NCBI GenBank assembly: GCA_030390025.1
Contig: CM059431.1
Location: forward strand, 108,254,001 to 108,318,000
Direction: 5' to 3'
From: Squalus acanthias
Lineage: Eukaryota
Length of the DNA: 64,000 nt
Part shown: positions 38,086 to 45,225 of the stretch, piece by piece
Layout of the letters: every line of letters begins with the position of its first letter
How positions within the stretch are numbered: the stretch's first letter is position 1
Notes under the pieces: generated by a model
Told to the model about the DNA's origin: nothing
Database searches by the model: none
What the model saw: only the letters and a program-made list of their open reading frames with translations
Program-made: the position numbers and the translations under genes

Positions 38086-40437
38086 TTACACTGCGCTCTC
38101 ATCGTGCACGCGCACGTAACGTTCTCGCCACTCTCCCGTGTTCTCATGCTTGGTGAGGCGTTTGTCTCTTTTACAATGTATGAACAAAAGGTATACTACA
38201 ATAAACACTTGACAGACGACTAAAATGTGGGAGGCTATTCTGACCCATGAGGGCACTTCAATATTCGTGAACAGATTCCACCACGGTGGAACCACTATGT
38301 CCAAAATGTCTGTACCTATCTCGACGGTTTTCTGTTCTAATGTATAGAAATGCTTTTGTGACACCGCGACGGCTTTCAGAAGTTTGGTTAAATGCTCAGG
38401 GAGAGGGGGAATGAGGTACCCAAAATGTGCGACAAATCGCTGCAAGTCGGTAAAATTCTCTTTTACTGTGAGATGAACAGTGGATGGTTCAGGGATTGGG
38501 ATAATTCGCTGTTGTGCTACTTGAACTTCAGCCCTGGGTTTAAAACAGAAACTGCTGTCACTCACCGGACACCGGCTACGGTTTCCATGCTGGTAGTGTT
38601 GCGCTGCAGTGGTAACACAATATGTTCCACCCCCGATGTATGCTACCTGCGGAGGCACATGATCTTGTGCCATTGCCTCCATGGTGCAATTCATGGACTT
38701 GGCGCCAGCCGTTCTGAACCCGCACTGTGGTGTTAAAAAGGCATTCAAGTGCTGGGGGCACAGTATTATGTGTGCTCCCCTGCCACGACAACCAGAGAGA
38801 TCTGTACCTGTCATCGTTTGCTCCCAGCGGATGACGTAAGGTGGAACCGCTGCATAACGAATGTGGGCTCCCCCCTGAATGACACCAATGTTCTCTACCC
38901 GATACACCGGGGCGGGCTTTGCTGTGTTGCCCAAAACCGGCATGCGTAATACTATTCCCATAATAGTATGGTTTGAACGTCCGCAGTCCACGGGGACTGG
39001 GTAAGCTTCTGAAGCTAGCCTGAGCTGGCACGGACTTAATGCGTTCTGAAAAGGGTGGAGCGCCCGCAGGTGTTTGTTACTTATCCAGGACGGAACCAAA
39101 CCTTGTTTTAAATCCTCCAAATTACTGCGGCCCTCGCCCAGTAACCACGCCCCGTAAAGCACGCACACCTCGTTCTGCGCAGCCTGATCGGATGCATTCC
39201 GATCTTCCCTAATCAGGGCATTTACCGTACGCGCATGTTTCTCCAGCTCTGCTATGATTTCCTTTAAGTGTAGTGTCATGGCTTGGTCCTCGTGCAGACC
39301 CGACCCTACCACTTTATTCTCATCTGTAAGAATATCCTTTAACTGTGTTTTTAAACCATTAATCTGGGTCTGCAGCTCCACACTGTCTAGAGCGTTGACC
39401 ACAGATGTCCCTGTATTAAAAGCAGTGAACGCATCGTTCACCAAACCCCTTCTTTGCCTCCCTACTTGGTCCAAAACTTCCTGCGGTGCGGTGTATAAAC
39501 TTGTCTTATCAATTTCTGCAAAATCAAACTCGTAAAATTGCCTGAACATCTTGGTCAACAGGACCTGGTACAACTGTTCCGTCTTTTTGGGGCACCACTC
39601 TGGTAACCGTACCTCAGTGAGATTTAAAATCACCGAGGCCACCGCGTAATGCACTCCCTGAAATAGTATCTGGTCTGTGGGGACCAGTACCAAACCGTTC
39701 CCGGGTCCCTTACTAGTTTTAGGGCACCCTTCTTCCTCAGTTAGAACTACCGGAATCGTGGGCGGGGCTTTGCGTGGGCGCGTGATGAGCTCAGTGGCAT
39801 TTACTGGGATCGGAGAGTATGGGGCTCCGCACCCCCTGGTGCTCGCATCCCACCTCATCCCCTGTCCGTTATCCTGCCACTGGTTAATAAAGAATATGGA
39901 GATGCCTTTGGGGCAAACGTACTTTGACCCCCACATACAAACATAAATCCCCTCATCTGGTTCCCACCATTTGTCCCAACAGACTTTCACTTGTCCGTCT
40001 GTCCCCGTAATTGTCCGATGGGTATTATTACCCAGTCGCTCCCACTCAACCGAAGAGTTCCTCATAGTTTTGCTCAGCTTTCGCAGCCACCACCATCGGC
40101 TCAATGGGACATTCCCACTGCAGGTCAAACAAATCCGTTTGCCGACGGTGACGCTGATCCTGGGTGCGATGATCCGTACTTTGGGGCACATTAAAGAAGT
40201 CTCTTTATAGGCGAACCCCGATGTGCTGGAATACTCCGTTGAGTTCGTTCCCAGCCATCCTGGCCACCTTCCCTTGTGGAAATAGGTGCTGGTCCCTTCT
40301 GCCTTCCGTCTCCCGGTCCCATCCACCGCGATGGGGGCCGTGTCCCCGGAACATCCAAACACCACGACATCCTTGGTGAGGCCCCGATAGGCCAATCCAC
40401 ATCCGATTGCCACGAGCAAAACTAGAAGTCGTTCCAT
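38086..40437 (-). CDS. env: Envelope glycoprotein, 783 aa: signal peptide, Ig-like domain, F-type class I fusion protein, TM anchor
   Basis: Hydrophobic N-terminus, N-glycosylation sequons, furin site RQRR (aa 327-330) then fusion-peptide-like GLVNDAFTAFNTGTSVVNAL, heptad region, Cys-rich ectodomain, TM aa ~734-754, short tail. Confidence 0.9.
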   Translation of the reverse strand: MERLLVLLVAIGCGLAYRGLTKDVVVFGCSGDTAPIAVDGTGRRKAEGTSTYFHKGRWPGWLGTNSTEYSSTSGFAYKETSLMCPKVRIIAPRISVTVGKRICLTCSGNVPLSRWWWLRKLSKTMRNSSVEWERLGNNTHRTITGTDGQVKVCWDKWWEPDEGIYVCMWGSKYVCPKGISIFFINQWQDNGQGMRWDASTRGCGAPYSPIPVNATELITRPRKAPPTIPVVLTEEEGCPKTSKGPGNGLVLVPTDQILFQGVHYAVASVILNLTEVRLPEWCPKKTEQLYQVLLTKMFRQFYEFDFAEIDKTSLYTAPQEVLDQVGRQRRGLVNDAFTAFNTGTSVVNALDSVELQTQINGLKTQLKDILTDENKVVGSGLHEDQAMTLHLKEIIAELEKHARTVNALIREDRNASDQAAQNEVCVLYGAWLLGEGRSNLEDLKQGLVPSWISNKHLRALHPFQNALSPCQLRLASEAYPVPVDCGRSNHTIMGIVLRMPVLGNTAKPAPVYRVENIGVIQGGAHIRYAAVPPYVIRWEQTMTGTDLSGCRGRGAHIILCPQHLNAFLTPQCGFRTAGAKSMNCTMEAMAQDHVPPQVAYIGGGTYCVTTAAQHYQHGNRSRCPVSDSSFCFKPRAEVQVAQQRIIPIPEPSTVHLTVKENFTDLQRFVAHFGYLIPPLPEHLTKLLKAVAVSQKHFYTLEQKTVEIGTDILDIVVPPWWNLFTNIEVPSWVRIASHILVVCQVFIVVYLLFIHCKRDKRLTKHENTGEWRERYVRVHDESAV

Positions 40438-40722
40438 CCTTCCTTGGTTCCTGTGATCAGATAGAATGAGGTAGCCAGCCTCGCAAAAAGTCTCTGGCTT
40501 TTGTGAAGGGTGAGCGGGTCCCCTGACCTCGCCTCACGTAAACTTCAACGTTTGCTAAATAGACTTCCTCTAAACCTAGCCTTAAAACTCCCATCATTAT
40601 GTCGTCATCTGTTAAAAACACTACAAACTTAACCTTATTAAAACTACTTAAAACTTTAAACTAAAACTTAAAACCTTAAACTAATAACTTTACAATGCCG
40701 CCCGTTCTCAGGGCGGCCCCCT

Positions 40723-43700
40723 TTAAATCCTGAGAAGGCTGCTGCGAGCTCTTCCCGACGGTGGGAGGGCACTGACCCTTCCCTCTGATCTGCCGCAGCC
40801 TGTTGCTGCGCTGACCCTTTCCTCTGATCTGCCGCAGCCTGTTACTGCTTCGATGTGGCCTGTCTCTACCCGGGTTATCTTAACCTGAAACTTACGCCCT
40901 GGGGCAGCCTGGGGACCTGACCACATCTTCCTGGGCTGGGGTACTCTGCTTGACCTACGGGGAATTGCTATGGGCGGGGGCTCCGTGACGGACGGACCGG
41001 GTCCCGAGACCTTCAACGGGATGACCTGGGGCTCCATCACAGGCGCCAGCCCCGCCTCCGCTGACTCCGCCTCCCTAACCTCGGGGCTGACAGTTCGGGG
41101 CCCCGCCCTGCTCGGCCCAGCAGGCGGCCCTTCACTCGCGAACTCTGCCTCCCCTGAGGACTGGACGTTCAAAGCGGGCGGCCACACCTCTGGGAACCAC
41201 ATAGCGGCTGGCCCGGCCTCCTCTAGCTCCTTCCTCCTGCTGTCGGGACCTGCAGCTTGTGTGTCCACTCCGTATGGATCTCTACCTAGCGGCCCCAATC
41301 CTTCCAGACCGTTCCTCTGAAACCACCCGTCATCATCACTCTGCTCATCTGCACTATCCTCATCTGACCAGGGTACCCTGGGGTCCTCGTCATCTAACCC
41401 CCAACTCCAGAAAAACGCTGCATGATCGTCCGGGATGTCCCTTCCCCTGATGCAAGCTGCTACGCCTGCCTGTGTGCCTTGTGGTCCTACCTGGGGCTGT
41501 GTTTTCCCATTGGCGGGATTTACCCCTGTAGTTTTCCCTTGCGCACCCGGCTGGTACAGTTTACATTGGTTTATGTGGAACCACTTAGTGCGCCGAGGTA
41601 CTTTTACGGCGTAAACCATGGGACTTGCCTTGTCTACAATGTTGTAGGGTCCCATGTACAGTGGTTCCAGACTCCCTACTCTGGCGTAGTTTCTGACCAT
41701 GACCTGGTCTCCTACTTCCCACTCCCGCGTTTTGCGGGGTTCCAGCAACAAGCGATTGCCCTGGTGCTGCCTTCCCATGTTCCCAGCCGCCTGCTCATAA
41801 ACTTGCTTCAGGCGCTCCAAGAGAGTTTGGGCGAACTTGTCCCTGCTGATCTCTTGAAGCTGACCCTCAGTGAGCACCGGGGCTAGCACATGGGTGGGGG
41901 TTCGCATGAGCCTGCCGGTCATTACCTCGTGCGGGGAGTACCCCGTACTTTTTGACTGACTGGCCCGGACCCCCATGAGGACTAAAGGCAGAACTTCCGC
42001 CCATTTTTGGGGCGAGTTCCTAGTCTCTTTCCTCAATTTCTCCTTCAGGGTCCGGTTCATACGTTCAACAATCCCGGATGACTGGGGATTGTGTGCTACG
42101 TGCCACTTCCCTTCAATGCCCAAAAGCATGAGGGTGTTCTGCATCACCTGGCCGGTGAAATGACTCCCTTGGTCTGACTCCACAAAACGGGGGAGTCCCC
42201 ACCGCGAGAACACTTCCCGGACCAAGATTTTTGCTGTACCCAGTGCCGTAGCTGTTCGACAAGGGAAGGCTTCCACCCACTTGGAAAACACATCCACCAG
42301 GACGAGGCAGTACTTATAACCTCCCTGGGTGGTGGGCAGGGGTCCTATATAGTCGATCTGTATCGACTGCCATGGTCCCTCTACCCTTCTTACGTGTCCC
42401 ATGGGCACCTTCCTTTTCTGGGGGTCTGGGTTATTTGCAGCGCACACAAGACAGTTTGCACAGAACTCGCGGACTTGTTCCCTGAGCCCTGGCCACCATC
42501 CCGCTTGCTCTACCCGTTGCCAGGTAACCTCGGGCCCGGGGTGCCCTGCCCCTGGTCCCTCGTGAGCCAACTGGAGGAATTCCCTCCTGTGCTGCTGCGG
42601 CACAACCCACTGCTCCTCGCGGAACAGCATGCCTTCCTTAACTGAGAGGGTTGCCGTACTGTACGGACCTTCTACCTGCCTCCCCTCAGCAATCGTTTTT
42701 AGGACTGCTTTTAGGGCGGGATCCTGGGCTTGGACGGTCTTAAGGTCTAGGGGCAATGCTACCCTGGTGTTCCCGGTATTCCCGTCCCCACCTCGGACCG
42801 CTGCTATGGGTCCGGTTCTATAGGGGTTCCAGAAAGTACCGTCGCGGGCACCCTCCCTGGCTAGCGCATCCGCCTGCCGGTTGCCCTCCCCACGGGGCTC
42901 TGTGGAGGAGTGAGCTTTCACCTTATGGATGAAAATCTCCCCTTCCTCCCCTACTGCTGCTGCTAAGATCTTTTCCAGCAAGGGCTTTACCGTTAAAGGT
43001 CGCCCGTCCGCGGAGGTGTATCCACGGCGGGACCAAATGGCCAGGTATTCCGTACACGAATTGCAGGTGAACATACTGTCCGAGCAAATCGTGTATGGGG
43101 TTGGGAAAATGTCTGGGTGGGTTACCACGTACACCACGGCAGACAGCTCAGCCTGCTGCGCGCTCATGGTGCTAGGGAGCTTGATCGCCAGGGCAAGGTC
43201 TGCCGCAGGGTCATAAACTCCACACCCTGTGAGTCGCTCGCCAGCAGATACTGTGCTAGACCCATCAACATAAATCTCGCGCCCAGTGGGATGTATCCCG
43301 GCCCGTAAACCTATGTTGACGTCCCACACCCCCTCCACCGAACACCGGTGGGCTGTACCGGGGTATACCAAATTGGCCGCAAGCCTGGGCTCGCAAAGAC
43401 CTTTTACTCTGATGTCCAACTGGGAGAGAAGAAGGGTCCAACGCGCAATGCGTGCGCTGCTTACGGTCCCGTCTTTAATCCTCCCATCCAGAAGCATCTT
43501 AGTTGGTGTGTGATGTGTGAGGAGAGTGATGGGAGAGAGCCCTGTGAAGATCGCTGATCTTTTCACAGCCCAATGCGTGGCTAAAAGGTGCCTTTCGCAA
43601 TTGGAAAAACTTCTCTCCACATCCGTTAATACCCTGGATGAATAGACAACCGGCCTCAGCTTGCCGTGACGCTCTTGGAGCAGCACGGCGCTTAAGCTGT

Positions 43701-45225
43701 CTCCGCTGGCAGCTACCTCCAGGAAAAACTCCTCCCCCCCATCTATGGCCCCTAAGGCTGGCGCGGTCTGCAGATCCCTTTTTAACTTCTCGAAGGCTGC
43801 TTGGCAGCCCTCGTCCCAAAGCCACTCTACTCCCTTATGGAGGAGTCGGAGGAGCGGCGCCGCTGTGGCCGCATAATCCTCGATAAAATCCCTGCAGTAA
43901 CCGGTCAGTCCCAAGAAGGACCTCACACCCCTTACGTTGTTGGGAATCGGTAATTCTTGCACCGACTCCCTCCTTGCTTTGTCTATGGCTCTTTCCCCAG
44001 CGCGTAGGGTCAGTCCCAGGAATTTTACTTCCTGCTGACCGATACGTGCTTTCTTTGGGTTTACTTTAAAACCCTTTCTCGCTAACAGCTCCAATAACTC
44101 GTCCAGCAGTGGTCCGTGCTCCTCCCTTGAGTCCGTAAATAGGAGCAAATCATCCACATACTGTACTATCTGATTGGGCTGACTAAACTCCTTTAAACTT
44201 CCTGCCATACACTGGTGAAAAATACTGGGGCTATTGTGGAAACCTTGTGGCAAGCAGTTCCACGTGTACTGTTGCCCTTTAAACGTAAAAGCAAACTTGT
44301 ACTGGTCCTCTCGCCGCAGCGGGATGGACCAAAAACCGTTCGAGATATCCAGCACCGTGAACGTGGTCGCGGACGCTGGGATGCTCCCTATTAGGTCAGC
44401 AACTGCTGCTACTGTGGGCGCGCAGGCGGGGATGTTACTGTTAAGGACTCTGTAGTCCACCGTGGCTCTCCACGAATTATCCGGCTTCCTAACCGGCCAT
44501 AATGGGGAGTTCACGTGTGTGGCTATCGGCCTCAACACGCCCTGCTGCACCAAGGAAGACATTGCTGCCTCCATATCGGGTTCTGCTTCTTTGGGGAAGT
44601 TATACTGCTTTTGGGGTCGGGTCATGGGGTCCCCATCTACGCTGACCTCAAACCCGACCACCCTCCCACAATCGTGCTTGTGGGTTGCAAACGCGTGCAT
44701 ATTATCTGTCACGTACGTTTGCATGTCCGTTGGGACATCTGCGACCATAAGCCTGAGGTCGTAGCCTCCGGATGGCTGTACGGTACACAGGACCCCTGTT
44801 TCTTCCTCCCCTTGAATTACCATTACCTCGCCTTTTTCACCTTTAGCCCCCCAGAGACAGTGATTTCTGAGGTCCACGAGGATCCCGTGTCCCGCTAGCA
44901 GATCGGACCCGAGAATACCTCTTCCACCCCCCTTTTGCCATGCCATCAGTATACACTTCCACTTAAGGCGAAGTGTCCCTAAACGAATGGATAGCGGGAG
45001 GGAAAACGTGCCAGCCTGTTCTTTCCCTGTGAACCCTGCTAGCGTGAATGGGACCTTGGTAGATAGCGGCGAGTCAAAAGGGTCATCTGTATGGATTATG
45101 GTGCAAGAAGCTCCCGTATCCAACAAATAACTGCCCTTTTGTTTCTCTACCTCCATCTCCACCACAGGTCGCCTCCACGCATCATAGCTGAGCGGACACA
45201 GGTAGACGGGCTGTGCTGGTTCTAG
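40723..45225 (-). CDS. pol: Pol polyprotein: protease, RT, tether, RNase H, integrase, C-terminal extension
   Basis: LLDTGAS (DTG at 45112-45120), LPQGFHNSP, YVDD (44149-44160), RNase H YVDGS/AELSA/SDS/KAH/NRQAD, integrase HHCC, D-D-E (QIDYIG, SDQG, VERMN) and GPY motif. Open and in frame from the codon after the gag stop. Confidence 0.96.
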   Translation of the reverse strand, partial: LEPAQPVYLCPLSYDAWRRPVVEMEVEKQKGSYLLDTGASCTIIHTDDPFDSPLSTKVPFTLAGFTGKEQAGTFSLPLSIRLGTLRLKWKCILMAWQKGGGRGILGSDLLAGHGILVDLRNHCLWGAKGEKGEVMVIQGEEETGVLCTVQPSGGYDLRLMVADVPTDMQTYVTDNMHAFATHKHDCGRVVGFEVSVDGDPMTRPQKQYNFPKEAEPDMEAAMSSLVQQGVLRPIATHVNSPLWPVRKPDNSWRATVDYRVLNSNIPACAPTVAAVADLIGSIPASATTFTVLDISNGFWSIPLRREDQYKFAFTFKGQQYTWNCLPQGFHNSPSIFHQCMAGSLKEFSQPNQIVQYVDDLLLFTDSREEHGPLLDELLELLARKGFKVNPKKARIGQQEVKFLGLTLRAGERAIDKARRESVQELPIPNNVRGVRSFLGLTGYCRDFIEDYAATAAPLLRLLHKGVEWLWDEGCQAAFEKLKRDLQTAPALGAIDGGEEFFLEVAASGDSLSAVLLQERHGKLRPVVYSSRVLTDVERSFSNCERHLLATHWAVKRSAIFTGLSPITLLTHHTPTKMLLDGRIKDGTVSSARIARWTLLLSQLDIRVKGLCEPRLAANLVYPGTAHRCSVEGVWDVNIGLRAGIHPTGREIYVDGSSTVSAGERLTGCGVYDPAADLALAIKLPSTMSAQQAELSAVVYVVTHPDIFPTPYTICSDSMFTCNSCTEYLAIWSRRGYTSADGRPLTVKPLLEKILAAAVGEEGEIFIHKVKAHSSTEPRGEGNRQADALAREGARDGTFWNPYRTGPIAAVRGGDGNTGNTRVALPLDLKTVQAQDPALKAVLKTIAEGRQVEGPYSTATLSVKEGMLFREEQWVVPQQHRREFLQLAHEGPGAGHPGPEVTWQRVEQAGWWPGLREQVREFCANCLVCAANNPDPQKRKVPMGHVRRVEGPWQSIQIDYIGPLPTTQGGYKYCLVLVDVFSKWVEAFPCRTATALGTAKILVREVFSRWGLPRFVESDQGSHFTGQVMQNTLMLLGIEGKWHVAHNPQSSGIVERMNRTLKEKLRKETRNSPQKWAEVLPLVLMGVRASQSKSTGYSPHEVMTGRLMRTPTHVLAPVLTEGQLQEISRDKFAQTLLERLKQVYEQAAGNMGRQHQGNRLLLEPRKTREWEVGDQVMVRNYARVGSLEPLYMGPYNIVDKASPMVYAVKVPRRTKWFHINQCKLYQPGAQGKTTGVNPANGKTQPQVGPQGTQAGVAACIRGRDIPDDHAAFFWSWGLDDEDPRVPWSDEDSADEQSDDDGWFQRNGLEGLGPLGRDPYGVDTQAAGPDSRRKELEEAGPAAMWFPEVWPPALNVQSSGEAEFASEGPPAGPSRAGPRTVSPEVREAESAEAGLAPVMEPQVIPLKVSGPGPSVTEPPPIAIPRRSSRVPQPRKMWSGPQAAPGRKFQVKITRVETGHIEAVTGCGRSEERVSAATGCGRSEGRVSALPPSGRARSSLLRI

